Shown: piece by piece, positions 19,901 to 29,199 of the stretch
How the letters are laid out: the number at the start of each line of letters is the position of its first letter
How positions within the stretch are numbered: position 1 is the first letter of the stretch
NCBI GenBank assembly: GCA_045627145.1
Contig: JAZQND010000121.1
Span: 24,507-88,506 of the forward strand
Reading direction: 5' to 3'
Length of the DNA stretch: 64,000 nt
Origin: Ruminococcus sp.
GTDB taxonomy: Bacteria; Bacillota; Clostridia; Oscillospirales; Ruminococcaceae
Program-made: the position numbers and the translations under genes
The notes under the pieces: generated by a model
Databases searched by the model: none
Seen by the model: only the letters and a program-made list of their open reading frames with translations
What the model was told of the DNA's origin: nothing

Positions 19901-22900
19901 TCAAGCTGAGACTTCAACTTGTCGATATCAGATTCTTCGCCACCAACTACACCAATATCTGCTCCAGCCTTCGCAACATCGTCCTCGGCAGAAGCAACAT
20001 CCTGTAACGCCTTGTTGTATTCGCTTCCGGATGTGATTCCGTTTTCTGTAAGCTTGTTCAGTCTGTCCTGCGCTTCGGCAAGGCTCGCTTGTGCCGCCTC
20101 ATATTTCTTATACCCATCAGCCTCATCGAACATGGTGTTGAACATATCAACATCCCATCCATAATCCTTCAGAGCGGTGAGCATATACTGAGTAACCTCG
20201 GGGGTCAGACCAAGACCCTTTGCAATATCCTCGACAGTTACACCTTCCATGAAAGCAAATGTACCGTCAGAGTTCTTGCTGAGGAACGGGTTGTTACGGT
20301 TGAACATATCGTTGATGAAGTTCTGCAAACCAGTAGAATCTTCTGTCAAATACCGCTGAAGCGTGTCCATGTACTTCTGAACATCTTCTCCTTCGGGGAC
20401 AAGAAGCTCGACAGATGCCTTATACTGAGCTGTTCCAATTTTGCCAGAATTAAGGCCGGACTGAATCTGCTCCATAGCAGAGCGAAGATTGTCATACGCA
20501 TCTCCTGCGTTCGGGGCATCCTGTGCATCAAGCCAATTCTTATATGCGGAAGTTGCAAATTCAATCTCGCTCGCAAGGCGTTCGTACCCTGCGATGTCGT
20601 TTGAAATCTGTTCGTTTTCGCTTTTCAGAGAGGCAATCGTTGCGAGAATCTGCGCTGAGAAGTTCTTATATTCATCTGTGTTTTTGTCATACTGAACAGC
20701 AAGAAGTTCGAGTGCTTTTTCTTGCACAGCGATTTCTTGTGTGTTCTCTTTATACTTTTCCTTAGCGTGAGCCTTGCCTGCATCAATTGTCGCACGTTCT
20801 TCCCTGTACTTCGTATCAATAAGCTCTTTCGCCTTTTTGATATTAAGTTGCATGAAGCCGTTTTCGTTTTCAACACAAGCGGCATATTCGTTTCCAGCTT
20901 CAACAAGCTTCCCATACTGTTCTTCCGTAATTGAAGCATAGTATCCTTGGTCACCGATGAGTTCCTGCAAGGTGTTATCTGCGGCAGATGTTCCAGCGAA
21001 CTGCTCACGCACACCATACAGACTACTTGACGCTTCTCTTGCTTCAACCTCTGCTTCGTACAAAGCCTTAAATTGTTCAGTTGCTTCTTCGGCACTGATT
21101 CCAACTTCGTCAAGTGCCTCAGTAAGCCCTTCGTAACCGTATATATCTTCTACTTTAAGGCTTCCGTCTTTGGCCTTATTAATCAGCTCTTTTTGAGCTT
21201 TTTCAAACTGAGGAAGACCGATAATTTCGTTGAAATTCTGAGTCTTAAATTCTTCCGGATAAAGAGACTCATAAATTTCAGACAGGAAATCACGCACACC
21301 CTGCGTGAACTCGTCATCGCCATCGTATGAATCAAGTATGACAGAGATTGATTCGTATACGCCAACAAGCTTTTCTCTGAGGTCATCCGCTTTGTCGGTA
21401 GCTTCAGCAAAAGCATTGATAACGCCCTGTGCAAATTGCGATGCTTTGCTACCTTCTTCAAAACCCCAAATGTCGTTTACATCTTCCTGTCTCGACAAAG
21501 CCTTATATACATCGATGTTCTTACGAATATCGTCTTGGTTAAATTCTTTCTCATATTGCTCACGAAGCTGTTCTCTCGTTTCTTCAAGCTTCATATCCTT
21601 CTGTTCAAGGAGAAGCTTATTTCTGCGTTCGAGTTCTTCGTTCGTATTCTTGAGTGCTTCAAGTTCACCCTTCTGAACAAACGTGAGATTATCCAACCGA
21701 GACAGTTCGTCAATTCTCTCCTGTGTCTTAGCAAGTTCATCGTTGACACTCTGAATCTCGCTCTTAACATCCTCGTATTCGCCCTTGCTCTTTTCGATGC
21801 CAGCCTTCAAAGCTTCGAGTTGTCCTTCAAAGCTTAAAGAATGAATAAGGTCGGGAATCTTTGAAATAGCCGTGATAGCCGCAGTAACAAGCAAACCAAT
21901 GCCAAAAGACAATGCCGCATTTCTCGCTGTGATTGCGGCGGTCTGAGCAATCGTTTTCTTCGTCACAAAATCTGTTGAGATACCAAGAGATTGCATAGCG
22001 GCATCGCCGCCATTGATTCCTGCAATCGCCTGTTTCGTTGCGTTGTTGAGCCGAATGGTTTCACCGTTTACGCCAGTGATGGCATCACGCAGATTTTCCA
22101 TCGTAAGCACAGTACCGTCTGCACTGTCAGCAATTTCCTGCAAGTGACTAACAAGTTCAGTATTGACGTTTCCGTTGAATATCTGAGATAAAGCACCGGA
22201 AAGACCAGCCTTTTTGCCATTTGCGCCCGTTGCATTATATGCACCGACAATCTGTTTCCACGAAGAACCGCCGATTGTTCCGATAACTTCTCCGTTGCTA
22301 TTGCTTACTTTACCAAACAAATTCTTTGCGGACAGAGCAGAGGTAATCCCACCAATAAGCATCGGAATAGTGCCAAACGTATCAACGATTTTTGTCAAAA
22401 CCTCAAGAATAGAGGACAGTGCATCATACCAACCGGATACAGCACCAGTATCAATAAGGCTGTCAGAGAAGTCCTGCCAAGCCGCTTTCATCTGTTCTTC
22501 TTTTGCTTCGATAGAGTCAAGCCAACGCTCATGCTCCGTCAAAGCAGAGCCTGCGGAGTTCAGAGAGTCTGTCAGAACATTATCAGCCTGTGCCATAGAA
22601 GTAAGCAAGGCAGAAATGCTGTTACCACGCATCTTACCCGCAATAGTCTCAAGCAGGGCGGCTTGGTTGATGTTCGTCAGATTGTCCCACACTTGAGCGA
22701 TTTCGGACATGATTTGATACGTACTCTTAAACTGAGTTCCTGCTTCATCAGCCATGATATCGACAGAACCCGTCAAGGCAAGAATCTTCTCACGCAGAGA
22801 AGAAACGCTATCGCACATGCCATCCGTTTCTTCTCCTGCCGAAGCAAGGTCGGCCTTTGCACCACGCAGACGCATAGAAAGGATTTTCAAAGCGTTACCG

Positions 22901-25362
22901 CTTTCGGAGGCATCCTGTGTGATTTCGGACATCGCCGTAATCATAGCGATAGTTTCGTCAATGGTATTGCCAGCAAGAGACAAAGCACTTGCAGAGTTTG
23001 TCATACCTTCGGCAAGGTCATCAGCAGAAACGGCATATCTGTTTGCCACTTCGTTTATTTTGTCAGCAATCCCCATAGCGTCATCTGCTGTCAGACCAAA
23101 CGACTTCATCGCCGTAATCAAAGAGTTTGTAGCCGTGTCAATGCTACTGAAGTCACCAACGTTGGCAAAGATGGTTGCTACTTTTGCAAGCTCCTGCGAA
23201 TCACCAAACGAATAGCCGAGCTTTGCAAATGTGGACGTAGCTTCAATAAGGTCAGAGACGGTAGAACCAATCTGTTTTGCGGTAGCCCCAGTCTGCTGAA
23301 GGAATTTCTGATAGGTTGCATCCGTTTCGTCAGTAACCTTTTTCAGATTGACCATAGCTGAGTCAATCTCTTTAACTTGATTGACGGCATCCTTCAGCTT
23401 CTGCACAGTCTTCATCAAAATGCTCGTCGCAGAAAGCCACGTACCAAATTTAGCGATGGCATTTTTGAACTGGTCTCCGAAAGATTTAGCGTTCAATCCC
23501 GCCGCAACGACATGGTTGCTGAATTGCCCAAGTTCAGCGTTCGCAGAGGCAATATCAGAAGTAATACTCTTATCCCAAACGCCAGTAGTCCGCATTTCTT
23601 TCAATCGAGTCTGGAGAGAGGCAATAACGTTGCCAAGCTTTTCATATTCCGAGCGAAGTGCAGGGTCGGTCTGAAACGCACTATATCTAACTCCAGTTGC
23701 TTGATAACGTGCATACAGGGAGTTCAGTTTGTCCAACGCCCGTTGTTGTTGCGTCGCCTCTTTTGAAGTCTCGTTAGCTGATTTGTTCGCTTCAGCCGCC
23801 ATCTGCTGATAGTATTGGCGCATACGAATAAGTTCGTCATTCACACGGGTCATCTGAGAAATGGTATCTTCAAACTGCCCCTGCCAATAGTCATGTGACT
23901 GACCTTCCTGTGTCTGTCTCCTTTTTGCTTCAATATCCGCAATTTCCTTTTCCTTTGCGGCTTGCTTATCAAGAGCCTCGTTCTGTGCTTGGATGTACTG
24001 AAGGTTGTTCTTAAACGAATCATACAATTTCTGCAAATCGTTAAATGCAGATACTTTCGCCTCGCCACCAAGCGGGTTGGATTGTGAATACTGCCGTTTA
24101 AGAATATTCTCCATCTCAGTAAGCTGATGCATCATATCAGACGGTAGTTCCATATCTCCGATTTCGAGCTTCATCATGCGTAAGCTCTGACTAATCTTTT
24201 CAAACCGCTTATCAATCTGTTCGATGGCGTTACTTGCCAAGTCTTTGCCTTTAAACTCAGCATTGATAGTAGAAAGCATCTTCTGAGCTTCTTTGAGCTT
24301 ATTAACCATTTCGCTCAGTTCGTCGGCATTTGCAATCTCAGAGAAGTCAATAGATTCAATGAGTTTCTTGAACCTATCATTACCTTCTCCACCAAGCAGA
24401 GTTGACGCTTGCACCTTTAGCTTTTCAAGGTCTTGAGCATACAACTGTGCATCCTGTCTGAGCTTTGCATCAAGGCGAACGTTCTTCAGTTCGGCAGACA
24501 AAGCCTTAGCTTCGCCCTGTGCCTGTCTGAAGCGGGCAACCATTTCGTTTAAGCTGTCAACATCAGTAATCTGACTGAAGTCAATTGCTTCAACAGACTT
24601 TCTAAAGTCCTCGTTTCCCTCAAGATTGAGGATTTCAGAGTAGTCAGCCTTAAACTGTCTGAGCTTCGCACCATAGGAATCAATATCATTAACAAGGCCA
24701 TTTGCGGCCTGTCTCTGCTTGTCAAAGTTGACAGCCATACCGTCAACGGTATCCGTCACGATTTCGCCAGTGTCAGCCATGATTTCAACGGTTCTCGTGA
24801 ACGTCTCACCAATCGCTGTCGTATACTGAATGACGGCTTTGTATGCCTTTTCCGTGCCACCCTCAGAACTTTCAAGTTCATGGAGTTGCTTGGTATAGTC
24901 TGCAATATCTTTCCCGAGCTGTTGATATTCACTTCTGTTATATTTCTTGCCATTAGCGTTGATTTCAGTGCGGCGGTCTTTCGCCTGCTGAATCAGCCGC
25001 TTCAGTTCCTCAATCTTCTCGCTTGTGCCGTCTTCAACATCCTTATCAACCTCGCTCAGTTTAAGGCTGTTGATAACACCCTTAGACTCTTTAATTTTTT
25101 CAATATAGTTGTCGATTTGTTTGACGGCAGAACCGATTCTTTCGTCCATTCCACTTGTATCAATGTCAACGGGCAAAGAGATTGCGTTTTGAGGGTATAT
25201 CTTCTTCAGTGCTTTCTGAATATCATCGCCGCTTGCTGTCACAGGTAGCTTAATAGGCTTTACCCTGCCGCCAATTTCACCAGCCTTGGCGTTGATGTTA
25301 CTTGCAGATTCAGACACATCGGGGTCTAATATCGCTTTCACCCGTACTTCAAGGTCATCCAT
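16972..25362 (-). CDS. Tail tape measure protein (2796 aa)
   Basis: Long coiled coil; TP901-type core (LKKVTD, GNALKILSMRLRG). Confidence 0.92.
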   Translation of the reverse strand: MDDLEVRVKAILDPDVSESASNINAKAGEIGGRVKPIKLPVTASGDDIQKALKKIYPQNAISLPVDIDTSGMDERIGSAVKQIDNYIEKIKESKGVINSLKLSEVDKDVEDGTSEKIEELKRLIQQAKDRRTEINANGKKYNRSEYQQLGKDIADYTKQLHELESSEGGTEKAYKAVIQYTTAIGETFTRTVEIMADTGEIVTDTVDGMAVNFDKQRQAANGLVNDIDSYGAKLRQFKADYSEILNLEGNEDFRKSVEAIDFSQITDVDSLNEMVARFRQAQGEAKALSAELKNVRLDAKLRQDAQLYAQDLEKLKVQASTLLGGEGNDRFKKLIESIDFSEIANADELSEMVNKLKEAQKMLSTINAEFKGKDLASNAIEQIDKRFEKISQSLRMMKLEIGDMELPSDMMHQLTEMENILKRQYSQSNPLGGEAKVSAFNDLQKLYDSFKNNLQYIQAQNEALDKQAAKEKEIADIEAKRRQTQEGQSHDYWQGQFEDTISQMTRVNDELIRMRQYYQQMAAEANKSANETSKEATQQQRALDKLNSLYARYQATGVRYSAFQTDPALRSEYEKLGNVIASLQTRLKEMRTTGVWDKSITSDIASANAELGQFSNHVVAAGLNAKSFGDQFKNAIAKFGTWLSATSILMKTVQKLKDAVNQVKEIDSAMVNLKKVTDETDATYQKFLQQTGATAKQIGSTVSDLIEATSTFAKLGYSFGDSQELAKVATIFANVGDFSSIDTATNSLITAMKSFGLTADDAMGIADKINEVANRYAVSADDLAEGMTNSASALSLAGNTIDETIAMITAMSEITQDASESGNALKILSMRLRGAKADLASAGEETDGMCDSVSSLREKILALTGSVDIMADEAGTQFKSTYQIMSEIAQVWDNLTNINQAALLETIAGKMRGNSISALLTSMAQADNVLTDSLNSAGSALTEHERWLDSIEAKEEQMKAAWQDFSDSLIDTGAVSGWYDALSSILEVLTKIVDTFGTIPMLIGGITSALSAKNLFGKVSNSNGEVIGTIGGSSWKQIVGAYNATGANGKKAGLSGALSQIFNGNVNTELVSHLQEIADSADGTVLTMENLRDAITGVNGETIRLNNATKQAIAGINGGDAAMQSLGISTDFVTKKTIAQTAAITARNAALSFGIGLLVTAAITAISKIPDLIHSLSFEGQLEALKAGIEKSKGEYEDVKSEIQSVNDELAKTQERIDELSRLDNLTFVQKGELEALKNTNEELERRNKLLLEQKDMKLEETREQLREQYEKEFNQDDIRKNIDVYKALSRQEDVNDIWGFEEGSKASQFAQGVINAFAEATDKADDLREKLVGVYESISVILDSYDGDDEFTQGVRDFLSEIYESLYPEEFKTQNFNEIIGLPQFEKAQKELINKAKDGSLKVEDIYGYEGLTEALDEVGISAEEATEQFKALYEAEVEAREASSSLYGVREQFAGTSAADNTLQELIGDQGYYASITEEQYGKLVEAGNEYAACVENENGFMQLNIKKAKELIDTKYREERATIDAGKAHAKEKYKENTQEIAVQEKALELLAVQYDKNTDEYKNFSAQILATIASLKSENEQISNDIAGYERLASEIEFATSAYKNWLDAQDAPNAGDAYDNLRSAMEQIQSGLNSGKIGTAQYKASVELLVPEGEDVQKYMDTLQRYLTEDSTGLQNFINDMFNRNNPFLSKNSDGTFAFMEGVTVEDIAKGLGLTPEVTQYMLTALKDYGWDVDMFNTMFDEADGYKKYEAAQASLAEAQDRLNKLTENGITSGSEYNKALQDVASAEDDVAKAGADIGVVGGEESDIDKLKSQLEEIKSAYDTLAEMKIGGEVDANFLSDAEKIQSIIDTLNKQSTYTVGINTPEDLAAKQQELADIQSAIANLDSLFNGGKISEELYVQLSGNLKDDLATVNSEIDTYNQSTLDGKTAMIDVQDNSGEAEERIQAVADKEYTAFVKTVVEPPTEEEFEKTVEETQNKWNDYVKNGKDTNGNYEPAPYGSKTADALERTERDYYGYEKETKTAQKSVLDTYSNDLDKWNAVVKATAQAKGNLDDAAKSLGTSVAEIEKVYGNSHITPPAADMLEEVKTALKDETGFEVQVNADTGGAMEAVNAAKQAINDTVATIKVKGQYIGTTGIAMMAKGTKDAKDEDAIVGEAGVETWIHGDSFRTVGENGAELVHLSRGDQILNADETKKLFGGKSKSGRAFALGTNYRANYSDGGGKNIITEIAEAVKKVAGGGAANIGGVKPANKNKGGGGNTEKTIKEILDGMKDLVDWIPEALENAKEKTDAFIREADKAISYMGKNSGLNKALASIDNEIDLNNQAFERYMKQADDTASMLRLSEDVVQKIREGTIDIESYDEETRSAISEYQKWFDKAEDAKNNIISLNDQVKTLSKQKLDNIISQFEDVGSILNSHVDLYKQLIEEKKQYGEEISADEYSKIVDDLGVTVDTLTEERQQLQDELDSLVSSGTVLVGDEIWNEYSDKLITLSTSISEARTSLGEMSDTIGNIPLDRLNIVAGTIGQLQNTLDGISNLRNAQGKEITDDLYQSMISATQAQINNLEKQNQLLAQQLNGLDPLSEKYQEINNQINENNADILSAKASQEEWNDSIIDSQIESLKKQNDEMKDQIALMDAIEGLEKAKQRRALIYREGSGFNYEAIESDVREAQKALDDVTFDRQIKALENSKADSNLYDDYGNELVPVSNVVNGFDFSALQNGAITGMNEATKNALASFNAQAVAGNTKAQENNITIASGAITLNGVNDVSAMADAIVNQLPSYITQELGK

Positions 25363-25374
25363 TATTTACACCTC

Positions 25375-25869
25375 CTATTTTGCAACAATGCCACGCCGTT
25401 TAAACGCCTGTACAAACATCTTTTTCAAAGCACCTTTTTTTAGTGCTTCAATCGTTTCGTGCGTAAACGGTCTCGGGGCAAGAAATTCATCATGATATGG
25501 ATAGTTGTAGATATATCCACCAGCACCTTGACCACCTTCAACAAGGATGGCAAGCCCGTCATTTCCGCTGTTGGGAGGCGGGATAAATGACGGCGATTTA
25601 AAATCATAAGCGTGGTTGAATGGTGTTTCGTTTACGATGGCAATCTCCATGTTGTCAACATATGTAATCATGTTCGCAACATCAGCCAAACCACCACCGC
25701 CGCCACGTCTCTTGTAAATCGAAGGGGAATAAACGCCATATACTTGTTCTTCAACTTTTTTTGCTTCAATTTCTTTAATGCTTTCTGCAACTTCGTTACT
25801 CAATATATCGGTAATCGTTGCTTGTAAAACGCCTCGCATCGCTTCGATGCCAATGCTTGTGGTTGCCAT
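25375..25869 (-). CDS. Tail-associated protein
   Basis: VYSPSIYKRR and PRPF motifs; precedes tape measure gene. Confidence 0.55.
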   Translation of the reverse strand: MATTSIGIEAMRGVLQATITDILSNEVAESIKEIEAKKVEEQVYGVYSPSIYKRRGGGGGLADVANMITYVDNMEIAIVNETPFNHAYDFKSPSFIPPPNSGNDGLAILVEGGQGAGGYIYNYPYHDEFLAPRPFTHETIEALKKGALKKMFVQAFKRRGIVAK

Positions 25870-25914
25870 TCAATTCACCTCTATTCAAAACACAAGCGTG
25901 TAGTTTTCATAAAT

Positions 25915-25939
25915 AAAAGGGGTACATTTCTGTACCCCC
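25915..25939 (-). terminator. Intrinsic terminator
   Basis: GGGGTACA/TGTACCCC stem with T run on the minus strand. Confidence 0.6.
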
Positions 25940-25954
25940 GTTGAAAATGTATTT

Positions 25955-26341
25955 TCAATTTCCTCGTTTCACAGGAAGCTCCTTGAGTTTTTCCATGATG
26001 TCCTCCATATTATCATTCCCTCCTAAGTCGTGATAAATAGAGAACATCTTCAGACAATTATGCCTGTCCTGTTCTGTCGTGTATCCACGTTCGCTGAAGA
26101 ATAAGTAAGCTTGGCTCAGTCTATCGTACAATATCGAAACCATCGCCTTGCTGTGCAATTGCAACAGTTCCATCATCTGCTTGTCCTGCTCGGCAAGCAT
26201 CGCTCGCCATTCGCTTTCCTTAGCTTCTTTTTCTTCCTTTTTCTTTTTATACTTGTTCCACAAAAACTTGGCTAATGCAACAATGCCGCCAAATAGTACA
26301 GCCACCCACCATTTGGCAACCCACCACGCAAAATCCTCCAT
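25955..26341 (-). CDS. Holin-like membrane protein
   Basis: N-terminal TM helix, YHDLGGN motif. Confidence 0.6.
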   Translation of the reverse strand: MEDFAWWVAKWWVAVLFGGIVALAKFLWNKYKKKKEEKEAKESEWRAMLAEQDKQMMELLQLHSKAMVSILYDRLSQAYLFFSERGYTTEQDRHNCLKMFSIYHDLGGNDNMEDIMEKLKELPVKRGN

Positions 26342-26361
26342 CGTACATCAACCCCCATCGC

Positions 26362-26790
26362 TTACTGTTCTTCGTGTGTATTATTTGTGCCTCCCCCATC
26401 AGCATCAAACAAGCCTGCGATTTCCTTCAAATCATCAAGCTTAACATCACTCATATTCTCAATAAGCCGCACAATAGCATCAACAATGGGTGGTTTCCGA
26501 TTCATATAAGCAATCTTTTCTGCGATTGCAACATCAATTGCTCTCAACTGTTCTTTGTTAATCGTTGTTTTCAACACATCCATGTACCCGCTGTACAGAT
26601 ATTCCATGAACTCATCTTCCGGAATATCAATCCCATACCCAGCGTAGGCGTTCGATATTGACACCCAGTACACATATTCATAGTTTTCGGGGGTGTATTC
26701 CCCGTTTTCGTCATACAGCAGATATACAATGCTGTTTACCAACTTTCTCAGCGCAGAAAATGGGATGGTACTCTTAACTTCAATGCCCAT
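26362..26790 (-). CDS. Hypothetical protein
   Basis: AGGAG RBS, 142 aa. Confidence 0.65.
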   Translation of the reverse strand: MGIEVKSTIPFSALRKLVNSIVYLLYDENGEYTPENYEYVYWVSISNAYAGYGIDIPEDEFMEYLYSGYMDVLKTTINKEQLRAIDVAIAEKIAYMNRKPPIVDAIVRLIENMSDVKLDDLKEIAGLFDADGGGTNNTHEEQ

Positions 26791-26811
26791 ATCAAATCAA
26801 CTCCTTTGCGT

Positions 26812-27099
26812 TTATCCTTTCACACTGATGCTGTCAACAGCGTCATAAACACCGTTAGAAGCAAGAGAAACAGCGGCGGCATTAAACAAGTCAAGTACAG
26901 CCAACTGCCATTCCATCACGCCAGTAGCAAACTGAGCGACAACAAGAATAAACAAAGACACAACATAACTAATAAACTGAGTGCTTACGTTGTTCAAAAA
27001 TGGTACTTTCTTCAGAAGCTCGGTAACAATGGCAGTTCCAGCGACACAGCCGCCAAAGGTAAGCAAAAATTCCCACGTGAAAAATTCGTTCATAAACAA
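26812..27099 (-). CDS. Holin
   Basis: Three hydrophobic segments, TELLK, ASNGVYD. Confidence 0.7.
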   Translation of the reverse strand: MFMNEFFTWEFLLTFGGCVAGTAIVTELLKKVPFLNNVSTQFISYVVSLFILVVAQFATGVMEWQLAVLDLFNAAAVSLASNGVYDAVDSISVKG

Positions 27100-27109
27100 T
27101 CCCCCTCAA

Positions 27110-27715
27110 AATAGTTCGTTTCAGTTCACCCTACATAATCACCGCCGCTGTTACCATGATGTTCAGCTTCAACCGGAGCATATCACGGGCGAGAACGAAT
27201 GGCTTCCTCCCGTGCGGTTTTCGGGTGTGGTTTGTCGCACTCATGCGCTGTCTTTAAAGTCATACAGAGACTTGACATCGGTTGTCGTACAGAAAAAACA
27301 TTTGAGGATGTCACGCTGTCATTTATTTCTCGGTCATACAGTGACCGCACGGCATCCTTCCGAATGCCTTTCGGCTGGGAATGCTGTAACACATTCATCT
27401 CTTAGCGGGTGGTAATACCGACCCCTATCATCCAACCGATTAATGTTGGCCTCCTCCCCTCATCCAACTGTCCCCCGATGGGGGATTCCACAACCACAGT
27501 AGGCATAGTGCTTTCGCACCATAGGCATGTCTTGCTCACTTTGTATTTCTTAAACAAAGACCATATCACAATATGCTCTTTGCGAACGGAAGAAGAAACA
27601 CATTACCGTTCTGATACTAATTCAGATGCCGTCTCCATTTCGGTCGCACATCCTGCCTCCGATTTACTCGGTCGGTTCTGCAAATGGCTGATTTTTCGTG
27701 TTCACCGTACTGTTG
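27110..27715 (-). ncRNA. Candidate large structured non-coding RNA (~600 nt)
   Basis: No convincing ORF; several hairpins, two with GAAA tetraloops on the minus strand; a long-range 8-bp helix. Confidence 0.6.
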
Positions 27716-27717
27716 AA

Positions 27718-28011
27718 TCATTCTTCTGCATCTTCCCCATCCTTGTCTTTATCAGAACACGACTTGTTCAGATATTTCTTGGTCTTGAAATAACTGATGG
27801 CTACCTTCTCGCTGACGCTATTTCCAGTATAGGCAAGAACATTTACCATAGCGATATCGTCAACGCCATGAATGAGGTCTACAAGATAGTTTCCCGCCTC
27901 TTGATTGATTGCCACAATAATAAAGGCAACCAATCTGATGAGTCCCCAATATATCATGATGGCGGTAGTCAATTTCTTACTGTACTGAGTATAGTTTTTA
28001 TTATTCGCCAT
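27718..28011 (-). CDS. Small membrane protein in lysis module
   Basis: TM helix; downstream of endolysin. Confidence 0.6.
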   Translation of the reverse strand: MANNKNYTQYSKKLTTAIMIYWGLIRLVAFIIVAINQEAGNYLVDLIHGVDDIAMVNVLAYTGNSVSEKVAISYFKTKKYLNKSCSDKDKDGEDAEE

Positions 28012-28024
28012 CAGCCTTCACCCC

Positions 28025-28807
28025 TCAACCAAGAGCAACTTTCAATGCTTCAAAGAAAGTCTGTGCAACATCACGATTTAATGTAATCATTTCAGACCCA
28101 ACACTTGTGAGGTATTTACTCATAACATATCCCGTCTTCCCGTTATAAGTAATTTTCCACCATTCGTTGTTTGGCTTTTCAACTACATCAATAACAGCAC
28201 CGTTTGGGATACTGCCAACCTTGATTGATGTTGCCGACATGCCGCTTCTTATGTTCAAAGACCCGTTGATTACCTTTGCCTGTTCAATCACAATAATCAC
28301 CTCTCCATAGTCAACCCCCTTGAGTTCTCCCCATTCGTCCCAAGAGTTCAACTTGCTGTCATTTACAACGCCATATAGCGTTCCACGTGAGTCTATAATC
28401 TCGTCAACGCTGACGAACAGCCCGATATGATGCCTGTCTTCCCCGTCCGTCCTAAATAGGGCCGTCGCACTCTTTAATTCATTCCCGTCCGCACGTTTAC
28501 CGTTAACAAGCTTCCCTTTGTTACTGCAATAGTATTTCCAAATGGAATTAGACCCATGCGGCACATATGACCCGAACTTTTTAAAGGCGTAGCTAAACAG
28601 ACCGGAGCAGTCAGCAACCATTCTCCCAATCCATTTTTTGCCATATAATTTCGCTTTGTCGTAGTCTGACGATGTTTTGTTGGCAAGAGCGTCCTGTCTT
28701 TTTTGAGTCCACAGTACACCCGCCGTTCCCCATATGTATCCCCATTTTTCGTTTAACGCCTGTCTGAAAAGAGCTATTAGCTGTGATGCCTTAATCTGTG
28801 TAGCCAT
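28025..28807 (-). CDS. Endolysin, NlpC/P60 catalytic domain plus SH3b
   Basis: YIWG, DCSGL, HHIGLF; LNIRSG...GYVMSKYL. Confidence 0.88.
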   Translation of the reverse strand: MATQIKASQLIALFRQALNEKWGYIWGTAGVLWTQKRQDALANKTSSDYDKAKLYGKKWIGRMVADCSGLFSYAFKKFGSYVPHGSNSIWKYYCSNKGKLVNGKRADGNELKSATALFRTDGEDRHHIGLFVSVDEIIDSRGTLYGVVNDSKLNSWDEWGELKGVDYGEVIIVIEQAKVINGSLNIRSGMSATSIKVGSIPNGAVIDVVEKPNNEWWKITYNGKTGYVMSKYLTSVGSEMITLNRDVAQTFFEALKVALG

Positions 28808-28835
28808 ATAACTCCCCCATATTGAAAATGTATTT

Positions 28836-29111
28836 TCAACCTGTGACAGTTATTCTGCCGCTTGCAACAGCAGTACCGCCAATGCACCCGTGAGAGACGG
28901 CATCTCCGCTGATATTAACACTGTCGCAAGGTACGACGTTCAACGGAATCGACGGGGTATTGCAGGTAATACCGCCATTATACACACGGAGGGGGTTTGC
29001 ATCGTTATATCCAGTTTCATACGCACGTTCAACAGCTCTTTCAAACTCTGCCTTTGCGATTGTAACTGTGTTGTTTTCGTTTTCTTTGACATAAACAATC
29101 ATCGGTTTCAT
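28836..29111 (-). CDS. Hypothetical protein
   Basis: AGGAG RBS. Confidence 0.55.
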   Translation of the reverse strand: MKPMIVYVKENENNTVTIAKAEFERAVERAYETGYNDANPLRVYNGGITCNTPSIPLNVVPCDSVNISGDAVSHGCIGGTAVASGRITVTG

Positions 29112-29199
29112 TTCATCTCATCTCCTTTAAAAACGTCTATTTGAATGTTATCATTGGCCTGTACCCATTACTACATCGACACTTGACGGAGGTTGTATT

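Noticed and set aside
17329-25248. Many + strand ORFs opposite the tape measure gene (and similar ones opposite capsid and fibre genes)
   Set aside because: Antisense shadows of long codon-biased genes with no RBS or motifs.
26981-28086. ORFs 26981-27415 (+), 27183-27398 (-) and 27409-28086 (+) as genes
   Set aside because: No convincing RBS or protein-like features, and two overlap real genes antisense; a structured RNA explains the region better.
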